A stretch of 64,000 nt of DNA from Spirochaetota bacterium (GTDB taxonomy: Bacteria > Spirochaetota > JAHITG01 > JAFGFC01), in assembly GCA_016931325.1 (NCBI GenBank), contig JAFGFC010000051.1, positions 12,639-76,638 on the forward strand, in the 5' to 3' direction. Below the pieces are notes generated by a model. That model did not search any database. It worked only from the letters and a program-made list of their open reading frames with translations, and was not told where the DNA came from. Below are positions 1-8,925 of the stretch, one piece after another. Position 1 is the stretch's first letter. The number at the start of each line of letters is the position of its first letter. Made by a program: the position numbers and the translations under genes.

Positions 1-1
1 C

Positions 2-364
2 ATCGGGTTGATCATGCTGGGTGGCATTGTGGTGAACAACAGTATTATTCTTGTGGATACCATCAACCAGTTGAAAAAAAACCTTTCTCTTGAAAAAGCC
101 ATTATCCAGGCCTCCTACTCCCGCTTAAGGCCTATCTTTATGACAACCCTGACCACTGTTCTGGGCCTTTTGCCTGTTCTTTTAAATACAGGAGAGGGTA
201 GCAATATCTGGCATCCGTTAGCCCTTACTATTATATCCGGTCTGTTGTTCTCTACCATACTGACATTAGTCATTGTGCCAGCGTTGTATCTGTTCTTTCA
301 CACGTTCGAGGTTCGACTCACAGGAAGTGAGTCGGGTCAAATCCCCAGGAGGGCTGGGATTTGA
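2..364 (+). CDS. RND efflux transporter permease (AcrB/CzcA superfamily), C-terminal fragment; 5' end lies outside the window
   Basis: The translation (IVVNNSIILVDTINQL...RLRPIFMTTLTTVLGLLPVLL...VIVPALYLFF) matches the conserved last transmembrane helices of RND pumps. The frame is open from the window edge. Confidence 0.75.
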   Translation: MGLIMLGGIVVNNSIILVDTINQLKKNLSLEKAIIQASYSRLRPIFMTTLTTVLGLLPVLLNTGEGSNIWHPLALTIISGLLFSTILTLVIVPALYLFFHTFEVRLTGSESGQIPRRAGI

Positions 365-446
365 CCAAGAGGTTAAAACTATAAAATAGAACAACGGTCG
401 AATCCTATTCATCCTTGAAGGATTCGACACTCCCCACATCCTGTCC

Positions 447-578
447 CTAGAAATTTTTCGAAGAAAAATTTCAGGCCCTGTGAAAATTGAAAATTTTCCA
501 GGATAAAGTCCCTGAAATCCTTTCAGGATTTCCAGGGAGATTTGGTCCCTGGAATTGTCTTTGGACAATTCCTAGGGA
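447..578. repeat. Structured intergenic repeat, family 1, copy 1; rich in TCCAGG/CCTGGA palindromes
   Basis: Shares ordered blocks with 21044-21206: caggccNtgtgaaaat, ggaatttcca, ggataaagtccNtgaaat, ttccagggagatt, ggtccctgga. Contains the inverted repeats ttccagga-taaag-tccctgaa and tccaggga-N8-tccctgga. Confidence 0.5.
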
Positions 579-823
579 TGGATCGTCGAACCTGATTTTT
601 TTTGTCACCTTTAGGCCTTTTCCGGTGTTATACAGGTAGTAGTAAGAGAGGAGGTCAAATACGTCAAGGAGGGGTAGGGATGAATGGGAAAAGATTTATT
701 TCCGTTGAACTGGAAAAGACAGAGGCTCTGGCTCTGCCCTTGCCTTATTTTCTTCTTCGAAATTTTTTCTTGAAAATCTATTTCATTTGGATACCTTTTA
801 TACTGATATTGGCTGTTATTCTT

Positions 824-1393
824 ATGGAAAATATACAGGATACAGAAGATATTCATGTTATTGCCAGAATACAGGGGGGACAAAAGGCTGATTTTGAGTT
901 CCTTTACAAGAAATACCTCCCGCAGGTTTTACGATTTGCCAACCGTATGGTCCGCTCCACGGATATCGCTGAAGAGATCGCTCAGGAAAGTTTTATAAAG
1001 CTGTATACCCATATCGACCGATACAGGCCGGGAAAGGCCAAGTTCTCCACTTACCTCTTTCAGATCACTTACAATACCGCTTTGAATTTTATCCGCTCTC
1101 AGAAACGCGAAAGGGAATCCATAAAAAAAATGAAGGAAGAATTCGATGTTCAGCCATCGTATTCTGACCCTTACAAGCAGGTGGAAAGAAAAGAGATCAC
1201 GCAGTACGTGAAAAGCCTTATCGCTGACCTCCCGCCGCCCGAGGATACCATATTCATGTTAAAAACAGAAAAAAATATGAAATACGAAGAGATCGCACAG
1301 GTTTTAAGTATTTCAAGAAGGACGGTCATCAGAAAGATGAACTCGGCCGTCAGTCGGCTGCAAAAGGCCATGAAAAGTTCTCATATTATATAA
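824..1393 (+). CDS. ECF-family RNA polymerase sigma factor (sigma-70 regions 2 and 4)
   Basis: Region 2 motifs (FEFLYKKYLPQVLRFANRMV, SFIKLYTHIDRY) and region 4 helix-turn-helix (MKYEEIAQVLSISRRTVIRKMNSAVSRLQKA). The frame is open from 602; an alternative ATG at 680 has an AGGAGG ribosome-binding site but would add a hydrophobic N-terminal extension. Confidence 0.8.
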   Translation: MENIQDTEDIHVIARIQGGQKADFEFLYKKYLPQVLRFANRMVRSTDIAEEIAQESFIKLYTHIDRYRPGKAKFSTYLFQITYNTALNFIRSQKRERESIKKMKEEFDVQPSYSDPYKQVERKEITQYVKSLIADLPPPEDTIFMLKTEKNMKYEEIAQVLSISRRTVIRKMNSAVSRLQKAMKSSHII

Positions 1394-1400
1394 TAAAATT

Positions 1401-2492
1401 ATGAAAAAGAAACATATAAAACCCAATGATCTGTTCAAATATTTTTTCGAGACACTGCCCGAGAAAAAAGCCAAAAAGATCAAAGAGCATCTCGACGTCT
1501 GTGAAACATGCCGGGGAGAATTTAAAAAACTGGATACAGTCTTTCAACCGGCCTTGAAACCGGAAGAAAAAGAGATCCCGCAGCACAGGATCGATGCCAT
1601 GTATAAATCTTTTCTGGAGAGGCTGGAAGAAAAAGAAAGATCAGATGAAAAAGTCCCTTTCAGGGGTTTGGTTCTTAAGCCTGCTTTGGTTTTTTCCCTG
1701 GCTGCTTTTGTGATCATGATCGGCTTATGGATCATAACCGCTCCTCTGAGAAGGCCTATTCTTATAACCCAATACACCCAGGAAAAAATACTGATCGACG
1801 GAAAAGAATATGACCTGGCTAAAGTCAAACACCTGCCGCTGGACAGAGTGATCAAAACCCGTGGGCAGATGGACCTGACAATAAGAAGATCAGCCCGGCT
1901 GGTGGTTTCACCTGACACGGAATTCAAGGTTATTAAGAAAGACAAGTATATCTGTTCCTTAAAGCAGGGGCAAATGAAATTAAAGACCCTTGAAAGAAAG
2001 AACCTTTATGTTCAGGTGAACCATTATATGATCAAACCTGTAGGCACGATCTATCAGATAAATTTCAGGGAGAATATCCTGAAAGTCTTTCTTTTAAAGG
2101 GAAAACTTGAATTAGAAAATCTGAAGAATAAAGACCGTTCCTATATGACTCCTTTAAAAGATGTCTTTATCTTTGATTTTACCAGGAATAAGCCGGTTAA
2201 GGATCTACCCACGCTTTCTGCCGGGCAGATCGATGCTCTTGATCAGGCCAAAAGATACGAAAAGAACAAAGACTGGAAAAATGCCCTGGAAATGTATGAC
2301 CATTTCCTGAATAGCAAACCGTCAGATCCTGAAATGGAATCAGAGGCTTTATATCATTCGGGTATTATTTTTTATGAACATTTTCAGAACAGTGAAAAGG
2401 CGCAGGAATATTTTGACAGGCTGTTAAAGCTGAAAGTTTACGAAGATTTTTCAGACAGAATACCCCGGGAATTTTTACATGATAAGAAATAA
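1401..2492 (+). CDS. Zinc-finger (HxxxCxxC) anti-sigma factor with one transmembrane segment and a C-terminal TPR-like region
   Basis: N-terminal KEHLDVCETC (ZAS-type HxxxCxxC motif) directly downstream of the ECF sigma gene. A hydrophobic segment (LVFSLAAFVIMIGLWII) is present, and the C-terminus has TPR-like repeats. Confidence 0.7.
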   Translation: MKKKHIKPNDLFKYFFETLPEKKAKKIKEHLDVCETCRGEFKKLDTVFQPALKPEEKEIPQHRIDAMYKSFLERLEEKERSDEKVPFRGLVLKPALVFSLAAFVIMIGLWIITAPLRRPILITQYTQEKILIDGKEYDLAKVKHLPLDRVIKTRGQMDLTIRRSARLVVSPDTEFKVIKKDKYICSLKQGQMKLKTLERKNLYVQVNHYMIKPVGTIYQINFRENILKVFLLKGKLELENLKNKDRSYMTPLKDVFIFDFTRNKPVKDLPTLSAGQIDALDQAKRYEKNKDWKNALEMYDHFLNSKPSDPEMESEALYHSGIIFYEHFQNSEKAQEYFDRLLKLKVYEDFSDRIPREFLHDKK

Positions 2493-3420
2493 GAGTCACA
2501 ACAAGATCGATCAGACTGTAATCATCATTCTTCTGTTACTTGTCCTGTTGGTCCAGCCGGGCCTGACCCAGATCCTTTCAACAGACGCCAGGATGATGAG
2601 TCTGGGTGAGGCTTTTCATTCTCTGTCAGACGATGTGGACAGCGTCTCTTATAATCCGGCCGGTCTGACCCATTTGAAGAACATCATGTTTTCCTGTTCT
2701 TATCTGCCTGTCTGGGACAGCCTGACCACTGTCTATTTCTTTGGTTTTGCTTATCCTCAAGAGACCATACCCTTCGGGATCGGATTTTTCAATGCCTCAA
2801 CAGACGGCATCCTTATCCGGGCTGATTCTCCCGAAGTGCTGCGCAAAACCCGGTATCAGGATATCAGTCTTTTTCTGGCAGGTGGTTATGCCATTGTACC
2901 GGGAATGTCATTGGGATTAAGACTTAATATGAACTATTTAAAAATTGTCAATTACGATCATTTCCGGCTGGGAACGGATCTGGCTTTTTTATGGCGAATG
3001 GAAAATCCTTACGGGTTTACGAAAAGTAAAATTTTGAGGGCCCTCAAACCCTTTTCACTGGGAGTGACCTTGAACAATCTCTTTTCCACACCTTTAAAAT
3101 TGAAGCAGACCAGTGAAACCGATCCTTTGAATATTTTCAGCAGCCTGTCCTATCGCTTTAAACGGATAGGCCGATTTATAGAACCGGAACTGGGGCTGGG
3201 TTTTGACCTTGTACCGGAGTACAGCGAAAGTTCCATTAATGCAGGACTCGAATTAATTCTCTGGAAGGTCTTATTTTTAAGAAGTGCCTATAAGTTCAGG
3301 GAAGGATCATTTACTCTGGGAACCGGTTTTAGAGCCTGGGATATCAAACTTGATCTGGCTTTATCCAACCTTGAGATCGATCAGAATTTTTACAGTTTCA
3401 GTATTAAGGTAAATTTTTAA
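2479..3420 (+). CDS. Outer-membrane beta-barrel protein, FadL/PorV-like
   Basis: Signal peptide present. N-terminal motif SLGEAFHSLSDDVDSVSYNPAGL resembles the NPA(L) motif of FadL/PorV-type barrels. Alternating amphipathic strands run to the C-terminal residue F. Overlaps the anti-sigma gene by 14 nt. Confidence 0.5.
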   Translation: MIRNKSHNKIDQTVIIILLLLVLLVQPGLTQILSTDARMMSLGEAFHSLSDDVDSVSYNPAGLTHLKNIMFSCSYLPVWDSLTTVYFFGFAYPQETIPFGIGFFNASTDGILIRADSPEVLRKTRYQDISLFLAGGYAIVPGMSLGLRLNMNYLKIVNYDHFRLGTDLAFLWRMENPYGFTKSKILRALKPFSLGVTLNNLFSTPLKLKQTSETDPLNIFSSLSYRFKRIGRFIEPELGLGFDLVPEYSESSINAGLELILWKVLFLRSAYKFREGSFTLGTGFRAWDIKLDLALSNLEIDQNFYSFSIKVNF

Positions 3421-3431
3421 CAGGTGATTTC

Positions 3432-5048
3432 ATGATCAATAAATTTATTATTGTACTCTGCCTCTTATGTTCAGGGGGCCAGATGATCTTATCCGCTCCG
3501 GCCGGGTGGGAGGCTGACTCCATCATTCTGGAAAAGGACGGTTACAAACCCTCGTTAACATCCAGCCACGATAAACTGTTCGTCTCTTATATCAAAAAGA
3601 AAAACAATAATGATCACGTGTTTATAACCATATCCACTGACGGAGGGAACCACTGGCTCGAAGAAAAAAAGATAAGCCTTGATTTCCAATGCGATAATCC
3701 CCGGGTCATTTTTCATGACAGGGTTCTTTATGTCTTCTGGACACAATACAGGGAAGATCAGAGTGATATTTATTTCTCTTATTCCCTTGACCCTTCTTTT
3801 TCCAGGTTCAGCCCCCCTTATAATATCACGGATAATCCTTCTGATTCCATCGAACCTGTTGTTTCATCATCAGAGGAAACGATCCATCTTTTATGGTCAG
3901 ATGATTCCTCGGGTGATTACGAGATTTTTATAAAAACTTTTCATCCTCAGGAAAAAACATGGCGCCAGCCAGTTCAGATTACCCGTTTCAGCGGAGGGGC
4001 TATTTACCCTTCTGTTCTGACACTGATGAACGATATTCATCTCAGCTGGCAACAAAGGGACGGCAAGAACTGGAAAGTGATGTATTCTTCCAGCTCTGAT
4101 GCTGAGGACTGGACCGGTCCTGTCTGCATCTCTGAAGGATTGGATAATGCGTATACACCTTATATCAGCACCTCTGTTGACGGGATCCTTGTCCTCTTCC
4201 AGGGGGAGAACGATGCACAGAGCGATTTGTTTTCATGCTTTTATGATCTTTTTTATAACAGATGGTCAACCCCCTTGCCTGTGACACATGATCTTTTTAT
4301 TCAGAGATACCCTGTCTTTATTCCTTCCGGTGCGGTCCAGAACCTTTTCTGGCAGGGTATAGAAAATGACCAATCCACGATCTTTGCTTCTACCAGCTCG
4401 GATAGCGGTCTCACGTGGAGTGAAAAAATCAATATGATCCCCGGCGGGGATAATACTAAATATTTTTCTGCTTTTTATAACACTTTTGATGATACCATTT
4501 ATCTGATATGGGAGGACGAGAAAGGGCAGATCCGTTTAAAAAAACAGGACAAGTATTGTTCCAAACCTTCCATATTTAAATCTTCCCATAAGGAAGATCA
4601 GTGGTCTTTCAGAAAGGATGTCGAGGTCCATTGGAATATTGATGATGATACCTCCGGTATTCAAGATTATGCTTATCTATTAGATCAGAATGAGGATACT
4701 GTTCCTGATTTCTTTTTAATCAAGCATCCCGTGACTCAAGCCCGTTTCTATAATGTAAAAGACGGGATCTGGTATTTCCATCTGCGGGCCAGAGACAAGA
4801 AGGGCAATATCAGCCCGGCTGTCCATTACAAGATCATGATCAATTCAGAGCTTTACGCCTCATCAGAAAAATATTATATCATTAAATATGGAGATACCCT
4901 GTGGGATGTGGCCAAGAGCTTTTATAAAGAACCCACGATGTATAAAACTATAGCTGATTATAATCAGATCGAAGATGAGAATTGGATCTATCCCCATCAA
5001 ATTTTAAAAATACCGCCTAAAGAGGCTGTCGAGACATTACACAGATAA
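3432..5048 (+). CDS. Secreted BNR (Asp-box) repeat protein with a C-terminal LysM domain
   Basis: Signal peptide present. Asp-box motifs (STDGGNHW, SSDSGLTWS). C-terminal LysM (YIIKYGDTLWDVAKSFY...YNQIEDENWIYPHQILKIP). Confidence 0.6.
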   Translation: MINKFIIVLCLLCSGGQMILSAPAGWEADSIILEKDGYKPSLTSSHDKLFVSYIKKKNNNDHVFITISTDGGNHWLEEKKISLDFQCDNPRVIFHDRVLYVFWTQYREDQSDIYFSYSLDPSFSRFSPPYNITDNPSDSIEPVVSSSEETIHLLWSDDSSGDYEIFIKTFHPQEKTWRQPVQITRFSGGAIYPSVLTLMNDIHLSWQQRDGKNWKVMYSSSSDAEDWTGPVCISEGLDNAYTPYISTSVDGILVLFQGENDAQSDLFSCFYDLFYNRWSTPLPVTHDLFIQRYPVFIPSGAVQNLFWQGIENDQSTIFASTSSDSGLTWSEKINMIPGGDNTKYFSAFYNTFDDTIYLIWEDEKGQIRLKKQDKYCSKPSIFKSSHKEDQWSFRKDVEVHWNIDDDTSGIQDYAYLLDQNEDTVPDFFLIKHPVTQARFYNVKDGIWYFHLRARDKKGNISPAVHYKIMINSELYASSEKYYIIKYGDTLWDVAKSFYKEPTMYKTIADYNQIEDENWIYPHQILKIPPKEAVETLHR

Positions 5049-5067
5049 CGATCATACCTATAGCGAA

Positions 5068-7764
5068 ATGAAAAAGAATATCCTTTTCATCATTTATTTA
5101 TTAACTTTAAAAATGTTATGTGCCTATAACGGTTCTATCCAATCAGGGGTAAAGAATGCCGGGATGGGTTTTACCGGCGTTTCCTATTACGCTCATCCTT
5201 CTTCGATGAACTATAATCCCTCTCTTCTTCTGGCTCATCGATTGAACCAGATTTCTATGGAATATACTTTCAATGATAACAGAGCTCTGAACCTTTATAA
5301 TTTAAATTATCTAAAAAATGTTGATAAAAATCTCTCTTTTGGTCTGGATCTTGTCTTTTTTAAACCCAGGAATGAAACGGTCCTGGACTCATCTGGAGGG
5401 ATCTTAACAGAGTCCATTGACAGGCTTCATGTGCTGACAGCGGGAGCGGCCTTTAAAATGGAACAAGGATTGAACGGCGGTTTGAATATCAAGATCCTGA
5501 ATCATGACACGACGGATGGCTCTCTCACCCTGTTGAGCTTGAGCCCCGGATTGTTATACAGCCCTTCTTTTCTGAAAGATCTGAATTGTGGCATCAGTTT
5601 TCAGAATCTTCTTTTAACCAAAGGGGAATTGAACGGCCAGGAAAAAAAAGAGCCTTTTAACATCAAAGCCGGATTAAGCTACAAATGGGATATGGTCCAT
5701 CATGATTTTCTGATAAGCGCGGATTTCAATTCAGATAAGGATGATCTTTCAACTCTGGCGGCCGGTCTGGAATACACATTATACGACCGGTACAGTCTTC
5801 GGATCGGGTATAATGAGCAGAATGAATTCACCATGGGAGCCGGCCTGACCATCGCTTCTTTTCAGATGGGGTATGCCTATCATAAACATAACACTGACGG
5901 CATTAACCACACCATCGGTGTTACTTATCTTTTCCCCTATCAGATGAGCCTGAGTGAAAAGGAATATCATTATCGAAAAGGCATCATGTATTATAATGAT
6001 TTTAATTTTGAGAGATCCTTGAGATTTTTCAAACCCCTGTACGAATCAGACAGGCATTTCAGGGAAACCGCCTATTACTATGATCTTTTAGAAAAACGCC
6101 TGAAGATGGAGCGGATGAAGCAGGCCAGGCGGTTCAAGCAGGCGGAAGAATTGTATCAGGAAGCCATCCTCTATTATAAAGGAGGCGATGAAAAATTAAC
6201 CGTCCGGAAACTGATAGACTGCTTGAAGATCAATCCCAAACATCAGGATGCGAAAGAACTTTTATACCGTATCCGTCAGATTGAAAGAGAAAAAAACAAC
6301 AGAGAAAAAGCCAAGCTGAGAATAAAGGAAGGGGATTCCTATCTTTTAGAATCCAATCTCCCCGCGGCTCTGGTGGAATACCAGCAGGCTCTTATACTGG
6401 ATCCCGAGAACGAAGCCGTTATGAAACGGATAAATAAGGCCAGAACCGAACTCTCCCGGAAAGATGTTCAGGCTATAGCCAGCCGGCTTTTTACAGAAGG
6501 AGAAAATCTCTATCAGAGCGGGCTTTACAGTAAAGCCATCATGAAATGGAAAGAATGCCTGGCTGCCAAACCGGATTTTCTCCAGGCCCGGGAAAAAATT
6601 GATAGAACAGAACTGACCATAAAAGAAGGAGAAGAGAAACGTCTTTTAGACAGGATAACATCCGACCGGATCGATGAGCTCATCAGTATCGTTAAATATC
6701 AGATGGATAAAAAAGAATATGAACAGGCTCTTTTAAATATAGAAGAGCTTTTAGAACTTGATCCGGCCAACTCGCTGGGTAAAGGATTACGATCCCAGAT
6801 CATTCAGTCAAGAACAAGCCGTGATAAAGATCAAAACAATAAAAATAAAGCTCTGGCGAAAAACCATTTTGAAAAAGCCGCAATGTTTCAACGATCAGGC
6901 AAGTGGGAATCAGCCCTTTTTCATCTGGCCAAGGTGGTCTATTATGACCCGTCTCAAGCCCGATCAATAAAAGAATTAAAGAATATCATGAATAAGATAT
7001 CCGGCCTGGAGGCACAGGGGATAAATCAAGACTCTGCTGTTTACCGTATCATCATGATCCATTATCTCAGAGGTATGGAATATTATAAAAATGAAAGATA
7101 TCAACTCGCCGCCGGGGAGTGGAAAAGAGTATTAAAAATGGTACCTTTTCATCCTCAGGTTAACAGCGATCTGTCCGGGCTTGAAAAAAAGATCACATTA
7201 AAAGAAAAGGACAAAGACCTGGAAGGCCTGCTGGAAGTGGCCTATCACTATTTCTCCAGTGAAAATTACAAAAATGCCAGAGAGGTTGTCAACAGGATCC
7301 TCGCTCTGGACCCTGAAAATGCCAAAGCCAGAGAACTGGCTCAGAGGATAGAGGAAAGGGAAGTGGATATGGATCTGGCGCGTGTGGATAAAAAACGGAT
7401 CATCAAACTTTACAGTGAAGGCGTTGATTGTTACGTTAACAGAGATTATGATAAATGCATCACGAGCATGAAAGCCATTATTCAGATCGATCCGGATAAT
7501 ATCAGGGCTATGAAATTCATTGAAAAGGCCAAAGAAAAGATAAAAGAGACATCCCTGGTTGAGGAATCAAAAAAGAAAGAAGAAGAGAAGAAAAAAGTCC
7601 TCTGGCAGCATTATATAAAAGGGATCAATTATTATAAGAATGATCTGCTGGACAGGGCTATAAGAGAATGGGAAAAAGCGCTAAAGATCGATCCCGACAA
7701 TGATAGAATAAAAAATGCTCTGGATAAGGCCAGGGTCAAGCAGGAAATGATCAAAGCGTTTTAG
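5068..7764 (+). CDS. FadL/PorV-like outer-membrane barrel fused to a long C-terminal TPR-repeat domain
   Basis: Signal peptide present. N-terminal GMGFTGVSYYAHPSSMNYNPSLL motif and beta-strand pattern over about 300 aa, followed by about 600 aa of TPR-like repeats (many Y/N/K/A-rich 34-aa units). Confidence 0.55.
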   Translation: MKKNILFIIYLLTLKMLCAYNGSIQSGVKNAGMGFTGVSYYAHPSSMNYNPSLLLAHRLNQISMEYTFNDNRALNLYNLNYLKNVDKNLSFGLDLVFFKPRNETVLDSSGGILTESIDRLHVLTAGAAFKMEQGLNGGLNIKILNHDTTDGSLTLLSLSPGLLYSPSFLKDLNCGISFQNLLLTKGELNGQEKKEPFNIKAGLSYKWDMVHHDFLISADFNSDKDDLSTLAAGLEYTLYDRYSLRIGYNEQNEFTMGAGLTIASFQMGYAYHKHNTDGINHTIGVTYLFPYQMSLSEKEYHYRKGIMYYNDFNFERSLRFFKPLYESDRHFRETAYYYDLLEKRLKMERMKQARRFKQAEELYQEAILYYKGGDEKLTVRKLIDCLKINPKHQDAKELLYRIRQIEREKNNREKAKLRIKEGDSYLLESNLPAALVEYQQALILDPENEAVMKRINKARTELSRKDVQAIASRLFTEGENLYQSGLYSKAIMKWKECLAAKPDFLQAREKIDRTELTIKEGEEKRLLDRITSDRIDELISIVKYQMDKKEYEQALLNIEELLELDPANSLGKGLRSQIIQSRTSRDKDQNNKNKALAKNHFEKAAMFQRSGKWESALFHLAKVVYYDPSQARSIKELKNIMNKISGLEAQGINQDSAVYRIIMIHYLRGMEYYKNERYQLAAGEWKRVLKMVPFHPQVNSDLSGLEKKITLKEKDKDLEGLLEVAYHYFSSENYKNAREVVNRILALDPENAKARELAQRIEEREVDMDLARVDKKRIIKLYSEGVDCYVNRDYDKCITSMKAIIQIDPDNIRAMKFIEKAKEKIKETSLVEESKKKEEEKKKVLWQHYIKGINYYKNDLLDRAIREWEKALKIDPDNDRIKNALDKARVKQEMIKAF

Positions 7765-7857
7765 ACGTCAGCGGTCTGTATCACCCGTCTAACAGTCTTT
7801 TTTGCCCAATCATTCACTATTTTTCCCTGTATACAAACTCCTTTTATAATAAAGGTT

Positions 7858-8925
7858 TTATTGTGCCTTTAATTTCCTCTCCATTTTCTTGATCCTGTTC
7901 AGCATCGCCAGCGCTTCTTTGCCGTATTTGGAGTTTTTATCAAGTTCGATCACCTTGTAAAGCATCTCCTTGGAATCCTCTATCCTCTGCTGGGCATAGT
8001 AGAACTTGGCTTTTTCAAGATAAAATTTCTGATCTTTCAATATATCTTTCTTCGACATGACCTTTTCTTCATCATCTCCCTCCATTATGGTTTCTTTCTC
8101 CTTTTCTCCTTTTTCTGAACTGTAGAAAAGGTTAGGAAAGCGATGGTAATAGGAAAGAATGAGAAGCGTGAATCTTTTCTTCTCTTTATCCCACCGGGAT
8201 GAAAGATAGATATTTTCAAGATCGTAATTAAAATTATACCCCAGCCCGGGTACAAGATATTCTTTCTGCAAGCCGGCCAGCATATAAAGGCCTTTGATAA
8301 GATTTATGTCAAAGGACAAGGAGTAATCCGTTATATCAGACATATCCTTTGGTAATAAAAGACCGGTCAAAAATTTTATATCATCAGTAACTTTAAGGGT
8401 AGATCCCATGTTTATCGTCATGGGCAAAAGATTATGATCTGTGGCATTTTTCAGGCTGGCTCCCAGGTCCCACCATTTTAAAATCCTTAACAGGAATCCC
8501 ATGTCAAAATCGCTGAATTTTATTTTTTTACCGTCCTTGTCTATGATCACATATTTATAGGACAGGCCATATTTAAGAAAACGGATCAATGTTCCCCCTA
8601 TCCCGATTAAAAACTGTTCATAATGATCTTTCTTTTCCATGCCCAGCCCTATATTAAGGGACGTCCAGTAGTATTGGCTTAAGCATGGAAATCGTGTCAG
8701 ATAGTAACCCATATAAAATGATGAAAAAGTAAATTTCTCGGAAGTGGATAAGGCTATCTGGCCCAATGATTTGGATAGATTGAAAAGTGTGGCCGGGTTG
8801 TAAGAAAGCCCTGATATATCTTCACCCAGAGTCACAGATCCATATTTATGGACCTCATTCCTCGCTGAAAAACCCAACAGGGTGTTGATCATCAGCATGA
8901 ATAAGATAAAAACTCTTTTAACCAT
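7858..8925 (-). CDS. FadL/PorV-like outer-membrane barrel with a short C-terminal TPR-like tail
   Basis: Signal peptide present. SVTLGEDISGLSYNPATLFNL motif. The C-terminal EKAKFYYAQQRIEDSKEMLYKVIELDKNSKYGKEA is TPR-like. Its start overlaps the stop of the upstream GGDEF gene by 8 nt. Confidence 0.5.
   Translation of the reverse strand: MVKRVFILFMLMINTLLGFSARNEVHKYGSVTLGEDISGLSYNPATLFNLSKSLGQIALSTSEKFTFSSFYMGYYLTRFPCLSQYYWTSLNIGLGMEKKDHYEQFLIGIGGTLIRFLKYGLSYKYVIIDKDGKKIKFSDFDMGFLLRILKWWDLGASLKNATDHNLLPMTINMGSTLKVTDDIKFLTGLLLPKDMSDITDYSLSFDINLIKGLYMLAGLQKEYLVPGLGYNFNYDLENIYLSSRWDKEKKRFTLLILSYYHRFPNLFYSSEKGEKEKETIMEGDDEEKVMSKKDILKDQKFYLEKAKFYYAQQRIEDSKEMLYKVIELDKNSKYGKEALAMLNRIKKMERKLKAQ

Noticed and set aside
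338-364. tRNA-like T-arm motif gggtcaaatccc, and a possible tRNA fragment serving as an integration site
   Set aside because: No complete cloverleaf (no acceptor, D or anticodon arms with correct spacing). It lies inside a continuous protein-coding frame. The T-loop is one nt short of GTTCRANYC.
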